A stretch of 63,971 nucleotides of DNA, filler included, from Acidimicrobiia bacterium (GCA_046759765.1; 4 parts of 4 records of this genome joined end to end with filler, not necessarily neighbours in it); one strand, 5' to 3'; positions 52,636 to 62,240 are shown, counted from the first letter of the whole stretch. Made by a program: numbers and translations. The notes: a model not told the origin generated them from the letters alone.

Positions 52636-54663
52636 TCAGAAGCCGCTGTCCGCCGGCGCCGGTGGACAGTCGGTGGGCTGGAGATACTGGAGGCATTCCT
52701 CCTCCGTCCACCACCGCGTAAGGCGCTCCTGTGCAATCGCGGCAAGTTCGCTGACGTCGACGACATAGACGCGGAGGGTGTCATCGAAACTGCCCGTAGC
52801 GAGGCGCCTTCCGTCCGGGCTGAAATCGACACCGAAGACGGTGATTGGATGGGAGCCAAGTGTGAGTCGTTTGACACCTTCCTCGACGTCCCAGAGCGTT
52901 ACGTCACCATCGCCACCGCCAGTGGCCAGAAGCCTGCCATCCGGGCTGAAATCGACCGCCCACAGCTCGCCGCCGGCGCCAGTGCCCAGAGTGCGGATCA
53001 CATCGCCGGTTTCGGGGTCCCAGATCTGTGCCGTGCCGTCCCAGCTGACGGACGCCAACATGCTTCCATCGGAACTGAAGTCGATTTGCAGAGACACAGG
53101 GTTGAAACCGGTGTGGCCCTCACGTTCCCAAACCAGTGTCCCGTCTTCCGCATCCCACAGCTTGATCCAGCCGTTGAATCCAGAGGTAGCGAACCACTTT
53201 CCGTCGGGGCTGAACTCAACATCGGCCAGACCGGGGCCTTCGAAAAACTCCTGCCGCTCGTACGCTTCGACGGCGAGAAGCTCCTGGCCGGTATTGGCAT
53301 CGAAGATGCGGACATGCGTCTCGCCCCCGGTAGCTAGCCGGGTTCCATCCGGGCTGAAGTCGACACTCCCGCTGAAGCCGGGGATGAGCAGCTGTTCCTC
53401 TCCCGTGGAAACATTCCAGATCCGAGCCGACCCATCGAAGCTGGCTGTAGCCACCTGGCTCCCATCCTCGGAGAACTGGATGCGACGGACGAAGTCCTCG
53501 TGGCCTTCGAAGCTCAAAACCTCTTGTCCCGTTGCTGCGTCGTGGATGGCAGCCCAGAAAGACGAGGCCGCGATGGAGCCTCCATCTGGGCTGTAATCGA
53601 CATCACCCGCCGGAGCAGGAACACTCAGCCACTCGGCTCCCGCGGCCGGGCCGATGTCCCACACCCTCGTGGTGTCGTCGGTGCCTCCTGTCGCAATCCG
53701 GAGTCCGTCCGGGCTGAAGGCAACGTTGATCACGGAAGCGTCGTGTCCGACCAGCGTGAGCAGCGGCCTACCCGTCGCGGCATCGAAGATTCGCGCCGTA
53801 CCATCGTTGGCGCCGGACGCGACCAATGTGCTGGTGGGATCGACGTCGATTCCCTGGGGAGCGTCGACGTGCCCGAACAGACGATTTTGAAGCTCCCAGG
53901 TCTCCGTGTCGAAGATCTGCCCTTCGGATGCGGCCGCCACCGCCAGAAAGCTGCCGTCCGGGGCGAACGCGACGTCAGTTGCCCCATCTGGCATCAGGAG
54001 CTCGACGACCAACTCGCGCGTGGCGACGTCCCAGACCCGGACAGAGGGAGGCGACCCATCGTCCGCCACTGCCAGAAGGCCGTTAGGACCGAAGTTGATG
54101 CCCAAGGGCCTGAAGTGGTCCAGCGTCGCTGTCAGCTCCTGGCTAGCGATCTCCCACACTCGGACTACATCCTGGGAGCTTGTTGCTAGTAGCTGCGAGT
54201 CAGGGCTGATCGCAATACTCAACGGGTCGCTTCCTTCGATCTCGATTCGCCACAGCTCCTCTCCGGTGGTGGCATTCCAGAGGCGGGTGGTGCCATCGAA
54301 GGAGTTGGTGCCGATGAAGGCTCCATCCGGGCTGTAGACCGCGTTGAAGACCTGGTCGGTGTGTCCCACGAGGGTCAGTACCTCTTCGCCCGTGGCTGCA
54401 TCCCACACCGGCACGTCGCCCGGCCCGCCGCCGATGAAGTGCTCACCGTCCGGACTGAAGAACGCCGCGGCCGCGGAGGGTACTTGCACCTGCAGACGAT
54501 GGGCTTGTACCCCCCGGTGCAAGGCCTCTTCCGCCTCTGGCAGCACCTCAGCTCCGCTTTGACTCACGGCCGCCAAAGCCAGAAGGACGCTCAGCTCAGG
54601 ATCGACGTCCAGGTTGGCAACGGATGCCGAGGACAGCGCTCGGACAGTCGCAATGCGGGCCTG
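52636..54663 (-). CDS. WD40-repeat protein (5' partial)
   Basis: Many GH...FSPDG..LAT...DG..RxWD repeats. Confidence 0.92.
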   Translation of the reverse strand, partial: QARIATVRALSSASVANLDVDPELSVLLALAAVSQSGAEVLPEAEEALHRGVQAHRLQVQVPSAAAAFFSPDGEHFIGGGPGDVPVWDAATGEEVLTLVGHTDQVFNAVYSPDGAFIGTNSFDGTTRLWNATTGEELWRIEIEGSDPLSIAISPDSQLLATSSQDVVRVWEIASQELTATLDHFRPLGINFGPNGLLAVADDGSPPSVRVWDVATRELVVELLMPDGATDVAFAPDGSFLAVAAASEGQIFDTETWELQNRLFGHVDAPQGIDVDPTSTLVASGANDGTARIFDAATGRPLLTLVGHDASVINVAFSPDGLRIATGGTDDTTRVWDIGPAAGAEWLSVPAPAGDVDYSPDGGSIAASSFWAAIHDAATGQEVLSFEGHEDFVRRIQFSEDGSQVATASFDGSARIWNVSTGEEQLLIPGFSGSVDFSPDGTRLATGGETHVRIFDANTGQELLAVEAYERQEFFEGPGLADVEFSPDGKWFATSGFNGWIKLWDAEDGTLVWEREGHTGFNPVSLQIDFSSDGSMLASVSWDGTAQIWDPETGDVIRTLGTGAGGELWAVDFSPDGRLLATGGGDGDVTLWDVEEGVKRLTLGSHPITVFGVDFSPDGRRLATGSFDDTLRVYVVDVSELAAIAQERLTRWWTEEECLQYLQPTDCPPAPADSGF

Positions 54664-54763
54664 NNNNNNNNNNNNNNNNNNNNNNNNNNNNNNNNNNNNN
54701 NNNNNNNTTAATTAATTAANNNNNNNNNNNNNNNNNNNNNNNNNNNNNNNNNNNNNNNNNNNN
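54664..54763. other. Artificial contig linker
   Basis: N44-TTAATTAATTAA-N44. Confidence 0.98.
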
Positions 54764-54764
54764 C

Positions 54765-54818
54765 CGGGAAGGAGGCCGCACCGTCGGCGCCGGACGAGTA
54801 ACCAAAATCCTCAAATGA
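54765..54818 (+). CDS. tuf: C-terminal fragment of elongation factor Tu
   Basis: REGGRTVGAGRVTKILK*. Confidence 0.92.
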   Translation, partial: REGGRTVGAGRVTKILK

Positions 54819-54829
54819 ACACGGCACAG

Positions 54830-54876
54830 TTCATGTCAATCGCCGCGTCGGAAAATGACGCGTGCATTGACACGAA
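54830..54876. repeat. 47-bp palindromic element related to 52586-52632
   Basis: TTCATGTCAAT...CGCGTC-GGAAAAT-GACGCG...ATTGACACGAA. Confidence 0.75.
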
Positions 54877-54906
54877 ACCGCTAACCACAAACGAGCAAAG
54901 CGAGTA

Positions 54907-55068
54907 ATGGCCTCTGATAAGCGCCCGCCGATCACCCTGGCCTGCCAGGTTTGTAAGCGGCGCAACTACGTAACGACCAAGAACAAAACCAACAGCCGCG
55001 AGCGCCTCGAGCTATCCAAGTACTGCCCATGGTGCCGTCGACACACGGACCATCGGGAGACCCGCTGA
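54907..55068 (+). CDS. rpmG: 50S ribosomal protein L33 (zinc-binding form)
   Basis: [21 protein letters not shown]...[16 protein letters not shown]. Confidence 0.95.
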   Translation: MASDKRPPITLACQVCKRRNYVTTKNKTNSRERLELSKYCPWCRRHTDHRETR

Positions 55069-55197
55069 GGAGGCGCTCGATCGTCCTCCGCCTTTCGGTG
55101 GCCGGTGGTACCGTGAGCGGGGATCCAGCGGGCGGAGGCTTGCGGGGTCTGAAAGCGGGAGCGGGCTTCCGGGCCCGCTCCGGCGCGTAGAGCCGAA

Positions 55198-56052
55198 GTG
55201 CTCGACGATCTTCTCGATAAACCCTTTGGTCCTTACCGCTTCCGGACTGGACGAGAGCGGGTCACGGAGTTCATAGCCACCACCACCGACGATCCCGACC
55301 GCTGGACCGGAGCCGCTCCGCCGGCCTTCGTTGCCGCCGGTCTCTTCGCTGCGGCTGCGCCGTTTCTCAATCATCCCGACGTCACGGCCGAGGCGCAGTC
55401 GATACTGCACGGCGAGCAGGCCTTTCGGTGGTTTGGACCTCTGCCGCTGGGCGCCGACCTGGCCGTCACGGCCCGATTGAGAAAGCTCCGAAGGCGGGGC
55501 AAGACGGCGTTTGTTTGGCTCACTACCGCCCTCGGACCCGAGGAAGCACTCGCCGCAGAGGCAGACTCCATGTTTCTCCTTTCTGCCGAGGATCCGGAGC
55601 CGGGACTTGAGTCCGCCGAACCAGAGCCGTCCGAGCGGGGGCAATCAGATCGGCCCGCGGCGATCGAGCTTCCCGCCGAGGGCGGAGAGTTACCCACCAT
55701 GGCGAAATCCGCCAGCCGTATGGAGCTGGTTCGCTACGCGGCGGCAACTGGTGACTGGAATCCGATCCACTGGGATCACCAGTCGGCGGTGCGTGCTGGC
55801 CTGCCAGGAGTCATATGCCATGGCCTCTTGATGGCGGCATGGGTCATTCAGGGGGCCACACGAACGGTAACCGGCAGTGTGCCTCTCGCGGCATGCCGGA
55901 TACGGTTCCGAGCACCGCTGCTACCCGCCACCCAGGCGGCGGTCGAGGGTCGTGTCAAGGAGGTCAGAGCTGGCGGAGCCACCCTGGCGATGAGATTGAC
56001 ATCCACGAGAATCGAGCACGTGGCAGCTACCGTGAACGTCAGGTCTGGGTAA
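55198..56052 (+). CDS. Double-hotdog MaoC dehydratase (HadA-like + HadB-like fused)
   Basis: ILHGEQAF in the N-domain; YAAATGDWNPIHWD and GLPGVICHG in the C-domain. Confidence 0.82.
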   Translation: MLDDLLDKPFGPYRFRTGRERVTEFIATTTDDPDRWTGAAPPAFVAAGLFAAAAPFLNHPDVTAEAQSILHGEQAFRWFGPLPLGADLAVTARLRKLRRRGKTAFVWLTTALGPEEALAAEADSMFLLSAEDPEPGLESAEPEPSERGQSDRPAAIELPAEGGELPTMAKSASRMELVRYAAATGDWNPIHWDHQSAVRAGLPGVICHGLLMAAWVIQGATRTVTGSVPLAACRIRFRAPLLPATQAAVEGRVKEVRAGGATLAMRLTSTRIEHVAATVNVRSG

Positions 56053-56056
56053 CGAT

Positions 56057-56629
56057 GTGGCCGAGCCACGGGTCGAATCACACGAGGTAGCGCGGCTCGT
56101 TGACCTTGCAAGACAAGGAGATCGAGACGCATTCGGAATGCTGGTGCACTTGCACCAGAACGAGGTGTATACGTTGGCTCTGCGTTTGACGGCCAATCCA
56201 GATATGGCGGCAGACGTCGCCCAGGAGGCTTTCGTCCGCGCCTGGCGGGCCATTCCGCGCTTCCGGGGTGATGCCGCCTTCTCGACCTGGCTTCACCGAA
56301 TAACCGTCAATGTGGCTTGGACGCTCCGCAAGCGTAAGAAGCGTCATGAATCCCAACCGCTAACAGAGGCGATGGACCTGGCCGACACCCACGAACATCT
56401 GGCGCCGGAACGGGCAGGGGAGCTTCTGGAACTCCGCCAGTCCATCAAGGTTGCCCTCGCCCGGCTCCCCGCCGGCCAGCGGGCCGTCGTCGTCCTCAAG
56501 GACGTCTACGGCTGGTCGCACGCTGAGGTCGGAGAGGCGCTCGGAATATCGGTGGCGGCGGCCAAGGTGCGTCTGCATCGGGGTCACAAGTTGCTCCGTA
56601 AGTACCTGGAGGTCGAGCGTGAGAGCTGA
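56057..56629 (+). CDS. ECF sigma factor
   Basis: DVAQEAF.RAW, FSTWLHRI, WSHAEVG and KVRLHRG. Confidence 0.92.
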   Translation: MAEPRVESHEVARLVDLARQGDRDAFGMLVHLHQNEVYTLALRLTANPDMAADVAQEAFVRAWRAIPRFRGDAAFSTWLHRITVNVAWTLRKRKKRHESQPLTEAMDLADTHEHLAPERAGELLELRQSIKVALARLPAGQRAVVVLKDVYGWSHAEVGEALGISVAAAKVRLHRGHKLLRKYLEVERES

Positions 56630-57008
56630 GGCCGTCGCTTCGGTGACCACCACCGCCACCAGGACCCGCGAAGCCGTCAGATGTCGGAGCGTGCGCGCAC
56701 GCCTGCCCGGCGAGTTGCTGAATACCTGGCCGCTCTCGCCGGTTGCCCGTCGACACCTCGAGGCTTGTCTTACGTGCCAGGCGCAGGCAGCTCGCTACCG
56801 AGCCATTCTCCGTGCCCTGCGTTCACTGAGAGACGACATCGAGGAGGCCCCGGCGCGGTTGTTGGAGCAGGTCCTCATCTCTCATGACGTGGTCGAGCGC
56901 GAGCGCAGTAACCCTCGGGTTGCCATCGCGGCTTCGGCCCTCGCGGCCTCCGTGGTAGCGGCCGCCGCGGTCGCGGTGGTGCGGTGGGTCCGCTCAGGCG
57001 CAATCTGA
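56619..57008 (+). CDS. Putative zinc-finger (HxxxCxxC) anti-sigma factor
   Basis: HLEACLTC plus a C-terminal TM helix; overlaps the ECF gene. Confidence 0.72.
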   Translation: MRAEAVASVTTTATRTREAVRCRSVRARLPGELLNTWPLSPVARRHLEACLTCQAQAARYRAILRALRSLRDDIEEAPARLLEQVLISHDVVERERSNPRVAIAASALAASVVAAAAVAVVRWVRSGAI

Positions 57009-57084
57009 GGGTCTGGGCTGAAACCGTCACCGTTTAGACTGACTTAACAGCGTCCGTATACTGCAGTCCGGATTCGAAGCCCCT

Positions 57085-57163
57085 AGGGGTGTAGCTCGAA
57101 GTTGGTTAGAGCGCCGGTCTCCAAAACCGGAGGTTGGGGGTTCGAGTCCCTCCACCCCTGCCA
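57085..57163 (+). tRNA. tRNA-Trp(CCA)
   Basis: AGGGGTG/CACCCCT acceptor, CCGGT-CTCCAAA-ACCGG, TTCGAGT and an encoded CCA; precedes secE. Confidence 0.95.
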
Positions 57164-57172
57164 GGATTTGAC

Positions 57173-57490
57173 ATGACCGACCGTATGAACAGAGAGATGC
57201 GCAGGCTCGCCGAGCGTGAGGAACGGCGCGCCAAACAAAAGGGCCAGAAGCGTCCGGCCGGCAAACCCCGACCGCAAGCCGAGGAAGAGAAGAAGAGTCT
57301 CTTTGCTCGGATCGTTCAGTTCCTGCGCGAGGTGAGGGCCGAGCTTCGCCGCGTGGTTTGGCCGACGCGCCAGCAGATGGTCGCCTTTACGACCGTCACC
57401 CTCATTACGACAAGCGCGCTCACGCTGTATGTCCTGGCACTCGACCTGTTCTTCAAACGTGGAGTGCTCGACCTCCTCAACTTGTCATGA
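57173..57490 (+). CDS. secE: Preprotein translocase SecE
   Basis: FLREVRAELRRVVWPTR plus a TM helix. Confidence 0.93.
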   Translation: MTDRMNREMRRLAEREERRAKQKGQKRPAGKPRPQAEEEKKSLFARIVQFLREVRAELRRVVWPTRQQMVAFTTVTLITTSALTLYVLALDLFFKRGVLDLLNLS

Positions 57491-58200
57491 CAGAGACCAC
57501 GGAGATCGAGTCAGAGGCCACCGACCTCGAGACCGATGACGCGCCGGCCGCCGACGTAGCGCCGCCGGTCGACGGCGAGGCCGACGAGGCTCCCGCCGAA
57601 CAGGCCGAGGAAGCCGAAGACACCCAGGTCGAGCTGCAGCCAGAGGAGACCAGCCCCTACGACCGTCCCGGATCTTGGTACGTGATCCACTCGTACTCCG
57701 GATATGAGAACAAGGTCAAGGCCAATCTCGAGACCCGGGTCAGGTCGATGCACCTCGAGGACCGGATCTTCGAGGTCGTTATCCCGATGGAGCCTGTGGT
57801 CGAGATCAAGGGCGGCCGCAAAGTCACGGTCGACAAGAAGATGTTCCCCGGCTACATCCTCACCCGGCTCTACCTGGACGACGACACGTGGTACGCGGTG
57901 CGGAACACACCGGGAGTGACCGGGTTCGTCGGTTCGGGTACGAAGCCGACTCCTTTGGCTCGCCGCGAGGTGGAGCGGTTCCTGGGCGTAAGAGGCAAGG
58001 AAGAGGCCAAGAAGGCCCCCGAGTACAAACCCGAGTGGGAAATCGGCGAGGCCATCCAGGTTGTCGCCGGCCCGTTCGCGGAATTCAATGGCGTCATCGA
58101 GGACATCAACGTCGATCAGTCCAAGGTGACTGTCCTAGTGAACATCTTCGGGCGCGATACACCTGTCGTTCTCGACTTCGGCGACATCCAAAAGAACTAG
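57487..58200 (+). CDS. nusG: NusG
   Basis: WYVIHSYSGYE, FPGY, VRNTPGVTGFVG and IFGRDTPV. Confidence 0.96.
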   Translation: MTETTEIESEATDLETDDAPAADVAPPVDGEADEAPAEQAEEAEDTQVELQPEETSPYDRPGSWYVIHSYSGYENKVKANLETRVRSMHLEDRIFEVVIPMEPVVEIKGGRKVTVDKKMFPGYILTRLYLDDDTWYAVRNTPGVTGFVGSGTKPTPLARREVERFLGVRGKEEAKKAPEYKPEWEIGEAIQVVAGPFAEFNGVIEDINVDQSKVTVLVNIFGRDTPVVLDFGDIQKN

Positions 58201-58328
58201 CCGTCAGCTGTTAGCCGTCAGCCATCAGTGAAACCAAGACCCGTGGACTGAGAACAGAACCTGTGGAGGACAACCATGAATACCATCATCCAAGAACTGA
58301 AAACTGATAGCTGAAAGGCTGATAGCTG
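58199..58328. repeat. Inverted arrays of degenerate heptamers
   Basis: AGCCGTC AGCTGTT AGCCGTC AGCCATC ... ACTGAAA ACTGATA GCTGAAAG GCTGATA GCTG. Confidence 0.75.
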
Positions 58329-58333
58329 TTCTC

Positions 58334-58762
58334 ATGGGACGCAAGAAACTAGCCACGCTGTTGAAGCTCCAGATCCCGGCCGGTCAGGCGAGCCCCGCTC
58401 CGCCGGTCGGTCCTGCGCTGGGCCAGCACGGCGTGAACATCATGGACTTCGTCCAAGCCTATAACCAGGCCACATCGGACCAGATCGGCACCATCGTCCC
58501 AGTCGAGATTTCGATCTACGAAGACCGGTCGTTCACGTTTGTGACCAAGACTCCTCCGGCAGCTGTGCTCCTGCGTCAGGCGGCGCGTGTCGAGAAGGGC
58601 GCGGCGGAGCCCAGCAAAGAGGTGGTGGGAACGGTCACCAGCGCTCAAGTCCGTGAGATCGCCGAGACCAAGATGCCGGACCTGAACGCCAACGACATCG
58701 AGGCGGCGATGAAGATCGTCGAAGGCGCCGCTCGCTCGATGGGAATCGAAGTGGTCGGCTAG
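58334..58762 (+). CDS. rplK: 50S ribosomal protein L11
   Basis: [17 protein letters not shown] and KMPDLNA. Confidence 0.98.
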   Translation: MGRKKLATLLKLQIPAGQASPAPPVGPALGQHGVNIMDFVQAYNQATSDQIGTIVPVEISIYEDRSFTFVTKTPPAAVLLRQAARVEKGAAEPSKEVVGTVTSAQVREIAETKMPDLNANDIEAAMKIVEGAARSMGIEVVG

Positions 58763-58820
58763 CGACGAAACCACTGGGAGAGCAGCCACCGAGCTGCTCG
58801 TTAGTACCAAGGAGGACCGG

Positions 58821-59537
58821 ATGGCCAAACGAGGCAAGAAGTATCAAGAGGCGCAACAGCGCTTCGATCGCAACGCCGCTTACGACGCGCGGGAGGCAGT
58901 CGACCTGGTCAAAGCGCTGAGCTATGCCAAATTCGACGAGACGGTCGAGGCCAGCTTCAGGCTCGGCATCGACCCCCGCCAGGCGGAGCAAGCCGTGCGG
59001 GGTACCGTTGGCCTTCCTCACGGGACCGGAAAGGCCGTCCGTATCGCGGTCTTCGCGGAAGGCGAGCAGGCCCGGCAGGCTTCCGACGCGGGAGCCGACA
59101 TCGTTGGAGGCAAAGAGCTCATCGAGGAGATTGCGGAAGGCGGTGACCTCGACTTCGAAGTGGCCATCGCGGCGCCGAACCTCATGTCGGAGGTGGGGAA
59201 ACTCGGGCGAATCCTCGGTCCTCGGGGCCTGATGCCGAATCCTAAGAGCGGAACTGTTACTCAGGACGTGGCCAGGGCAACCGCGGACTTCAAAGCCGGG
59301 AGGATCGAATACCGCAACGACCGCTACGGCAACGTGGCTGTGCCGATCGGGAAGGTGTCATTCGGCCAGGATCAACTTCTCGAGAACCTGGCAACCATCA
59401 CCCTCGAGATAACCAAGGCCCGACCTGCCTCCGCCAAGGGTCGATATATCCACAACCTGGCGCTTTCGTCGACGATGGGTCCAGGAGTCACGGTGGACGT
59501 CGGTTCTGTCGACGATCTAGTCAAAATGGCGAGCTAG
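58821..59537 (+). CDS. rplA: 50S ribosomal protein L1
   Basis: KFDETVE, LPHGTGK, LGPRGLMPNPK and STMGPG. Confidence 0.98.
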   Translation: MAKRGKKYQEAQQRFDRNAAYDAREAVDLVKALSYAKFDETVEASFRLGIDPRQAEQAVRGTVGLPHGTGKAVRIAVFAEGEQARQASDAGADIVGGKELIEEIAEGGDLDFEVAIAAPNLMSEVGKLGRILGPRGLMPNPKSGTVTQDVARATADFKAGRIEYRNDRYGNVAVPIGKVSFGQDQLLENLATITLEITKARPASAKGRYIHNLALSSTMGPGVTVDVGSVDDLVKMAS

Positions 59538-59543
59538 GAAAAC

Positions 59544-59687
59544 CAGCCGTCAGGAATCAGCCGTCAGCTGCTCTCCCGCTAACCACCTCCCGCAAAGCTG
59601 GAGGGGGGAGCGGGGCGGAGCCCCCCAAATGGGGGGGACGTGGCCCGAAGGGCCGTAGCGGGTCCCTGAAAACCGACGACTGAGAAC
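59544..59687. repeat. Heptamer brackets around a GC-rich REP-like hairpin cluster
   Basis: CAGCCGT CAGGAAT CAGCCGT CAGCTG ... CCCCCC-AAAT-GGGGGG, GGCCC-GAA-GGGCC ... CTGAAAA CCGACGA CTGAGAA. Confidence 0.6.
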
Positions 59688-60386
59688 TCACAGGTCGTAC
59701 CCCTGTCGGATCAGCGCTTTCGCTCCTTCCCGATAGGTGAGACCGGACAGCTCCGTTTGATTGTCAACCAAGAAGGCAGCCACTTCCTCGGGAGCTGTGT
59801 ACGAGTACGACCGAAGCGCCCAACCGATCGCTTTACGGATGAAGAATTCCCTCTCGTCGGCACGCGCGAGACAGAACGAGAACAGCCGATCCTGGTCCGT
59901 CCCCTCCTTGTGGTCGATCTGACAAATGATGGCGGTCCTTCTCATCCAGAGATCCGAGTCGTCGATCCATGGCTCGACGACCTGCCACGCCGGCTCGCCG
60001 CGCAGCACCCCTCCCACCAGCTTGATGGCTACTTCATCGACGAGATCCCACCACGCACCCTGTCGAACAAGGCTCTCGTACAGGGGCAACTCGCTAGCAC
60101 GGATGAAATCGGGGAAGGCTCGTGCATAGGCGAGGGCTGCGTACTTCTCTTCACGATGCTCCAGGTTCCAGAGGGCCGACACCCCGGCTCTGTAGGCAGC
60201 TCGATCGGTTGGAGGGAAGAGACGGAGCATCTCCGCAACGACCGGAGTTCGACCGGGCTTTTTGATCCCGTAGAAGGGCATGTCGGTCTTCAGGTAGGCA
60301 GCCATCCCGAGCGCTGCCGTCGGATCCGCCCGAGCCGAGAGCTCGGTTGCCACGTATCTAGTCAGGCCCGCGGTGTCGAGGCTCAC
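59688..60386 (-). CDS. AlkD-like DNA alkylation repair protein
   Basis: AYLK...FYGI, REEKY, WWDLVD and EFFIRKAIGWALR. Confidence 0.88.
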   Translation of the reverse strand: MSLDTAGLTRYVATELSARADPTAALGMAAYLKTDMPFYGIKKPGRTPVVAEMLRLFPPTDRAAYRAGVSALWNLEHREEKYAALAYARAFPDFIRASELPLYESLVRQGAWWDLVDEVAIKLVGGVLRGEPAWQVVEPWIDDSDLWMRRTAIICQIDHKEGTDQDRLFSFCLARADEREFFIRKAIGWALRSYSYTAPEEVAAFLVDNQTELSGLTYREGAKALIRQGYDL

Positions 60387-60689
60387 GGACAGCTACCACG
60401 TACAAGGGGGGCCTTCAGTGGAACGCCGTGGCCCTCCTGCCGGGCCTGGGCTGGGCTTCCATCCGGTCGCCCGATGTCCCCGAAGCCTCTCAACGGCGTC
60501 GGCAGGGTAGGGGCTGCGCTAACGCCGGAGTGACCCCGGTGCCCGAGCCAGCGCCCGCTCGGGGGAGGATGCTGTCTCCTACCCGCCGAAGGCCCCCCTA
60601 TCTCAGACCGGGTCTAAGTGTGGGACAACGACGGCTTGTTGTCCAGTGGATTCTCACGTTGGAATGCGCGGCTGTTACCCTGCCGGCCG

Positions 60690-60792
60690 GCCAGAGACCG
60701 CCGGTGCCCAGTTGGGGCTCAATGGGTAAAACAGCCCGCCTGCGCAGGTCCGTCCTCACGATGGTTCCTCGCTGCGGCGGGGAGCCAGTTTG
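60690..60792 (+). promoter_or_regulatory. Probable L10 leader (rplJ autoregulatory RNA)
   Basis: CCAGAGACCGCCGG...CCTGCGCAGG upstream of rplJ, followed by the hairpin TGGTTCCTCGC/GCGGGGAGCCA. Confidence 0.5.
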
Positions 60793-60807
60793 TTGAGGAG
60801 GAATGCC

Positions 60808-61587
60808 ATGCCGAGACCTGACAAGGTCCAGGCAGTCGAGGACATCAAGGCCCGAATCGAAGCCGCCGAGGCGACTTTCCTGGCCGAGTATCGCGGTCTC
60901 ACAGTCGGTGAGCAGCAGGAGCTTCGTCGAAGGCTCCGCGAAGCCCAGTCCGAGTTTTCCGTTGTCAAGATGTCGCTCGCTCGGCTCGCCGTCATCAAGC
61001 TCGGTCACGATGAGCTTCAGGAATGGCTCATGGGTCCGACGGCGATCGCATTCGCTACTGACGACCCGGTTCTCACCGCCAAGGCCTTGCGCGACTTCTC
61101 GGAGGACCATGAGCAGCTGGTCCTCAAGGCAGGCCTGCTGGGCGGACAGATCATCGAGCCCGAACAAGTCCAGTCGCTGGCCCGGATCGAGTCGCGCGAT
61201 GTCCTGCTCGCCAAAGTCGTTGGCACAGGAAGGGCATCGTTGGTTCAGCTAGCCGGCCTGCTGTCGGCCCTCATCCGCGACGCAGCCTCGATGTTCCGGC
61301 AACTTGCAGATCAGCTCGAGGCGGCAGAGGAAGATGCGGAGCCTGCGCCGACCACAGACGAGCCCGAAGAGCCCGAGACATCGGAGAAGGCGACAGAGGG
61401 TGCCGACGAGGAAGAGGCAACCGACGAAGAGGCTGAGGCCAAAGGGGACGGGGAGAGCCCCGACACGGAGGCAGAGGGCGATGTCTCTGAAGCTGCGGAG
61501 GACGACCCGCCGGAGGCCGGGGCGGCCGTCGCCTCAGGAGAACAAGAAGAACAAGAAAAACAGGCAGAAACAGAGGAAGAGGAGTAG
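60808..61587 (+). CDS. rplJ: 50S ribosomal protein L10 with a long acidic C-terminal extension
   Basis: EYRGLTV, LRRRLR and GPTAIAF; lies immediately before rplL. Confidence 0.93.
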   Translation: MPRPDKVQAVEDIKARIEAAEATFLAEYRGLTVGEQQELRRRLREAQSEFSVVKMSLARLAVIKLGHDELQEWLMGPTAIAFATDDPVLTAKALRDFSEDHEQLVLKAGLLGGQIIEPEQVQSLARIESRDVLLAKVVGTGRASLVQLAGLLSALIRDAASMFRQLADQLEAAEEDAEPAPTTDEPEEPETSEKATEGADEEEATDEEAEAKGDGESPDTEAEGDVSEAAEDDPPEAGAAVASGEQEEQEKQAETEEEE

Positions 61588-61590
61588 CAG

Positions 61591-61977
61591 ATGGCCAAGC
61601 TGTCAAGCGACGAGCTTTTGGACGTGTTCAAGGAGATGACGGTGCTCGAGCTGAAGGAGTTCCTCGACGCCTTTGAAGAGGAGTTCGGCGTAACGGCCGC
61701 CGCTCCGGTGGCTGTCGCCGCTGGTCCGGTAGCGACGGGCGCCCCTGAAACTGCCGAAGAGGAAAAGGATGAGTTTGACATCGTCCTCCTGGCCGCGGGC
61801 GAGAAGAAGATCCAGGTCATCAAGGAAGTCCGGGCGTTGACGAGCCTGGGCCTGAAGGAAGCCAAAACGCTGGTCGATGAGGCGCCCAACCCGGTTCTGG
61901 AAGGCGTGAGCAAGGAGGACGCCGAGAAGGCGAAGGCACAACTCGAAGAGGCCGGCGCCGAAGTGGAGATGAAGTAG
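61591..61977 (+). CDS. rplL: 50S ribosomal protein L7/L12
   Basis: [12 protein letters not shown] and [20 protein letters not shown]. Confidence 0.98.
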   Translation: MAKLSSDELLDVFKEMTVLELKEFLDAFEEEFGVTAAAPVAVAAGPVATGAPETAEEEKDEFDIVLLAAGEKKIQVIKEVRALTSLGLKEAKTLVDEAPNPVLEGVSKEDAEKAKAQLEEAGAEVEMK

Positions 61978-61988
61978 CGCCTTCGGCG

Positions 61989-62065
61989 CAGTAATCAGTT
62001 ACCAGTAATCAGTGATCAGTAGGAAGCGCTCCGAACTGAAAACTGATGACTGAAGACTGAAAACT
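61989..62065. repeat. Inverted arrays of degenerate heptamers
   Basis: CAGTAAT CAGTTAC CAGTAAT CAGTGAT CAGT ... ACTGAAA ACTGATG ACTGAAG ACTGAAA ACT. Confidence 0.8.
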
Positions 62066-62075
62066 CTTCTTACCC

Positions 62076-62105
62076 TTGACCCCGCAGGCGAAACCGGAGT
62101 ATGAT
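62076..62105 (+). promoter_or_regulatory. Sigma70-type promoter for rpoB
   Basis: TTGACC-N18-TATGAT. Confidence 0.6.
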
Positions 62106-62240
62106 CCGATCAAACGACGGCTGGGCCGTCTAGGTTTGCTCAAACTTTCTTTTTGAAAGCCGGGTTGGCGCGTGCTATCCTGGCTTGTTGCCGTCCCCTA
62201 GTCCAGTAGCCCTGCAACTTTCCCGGTAAAAGGAGCACCG

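Noticed and set aside
52636..54663. Recurring DNA motifs such as CCGGGCTGAA
   Set aside because: Explained by the FSPDG motif of the WD40 protein repeats.
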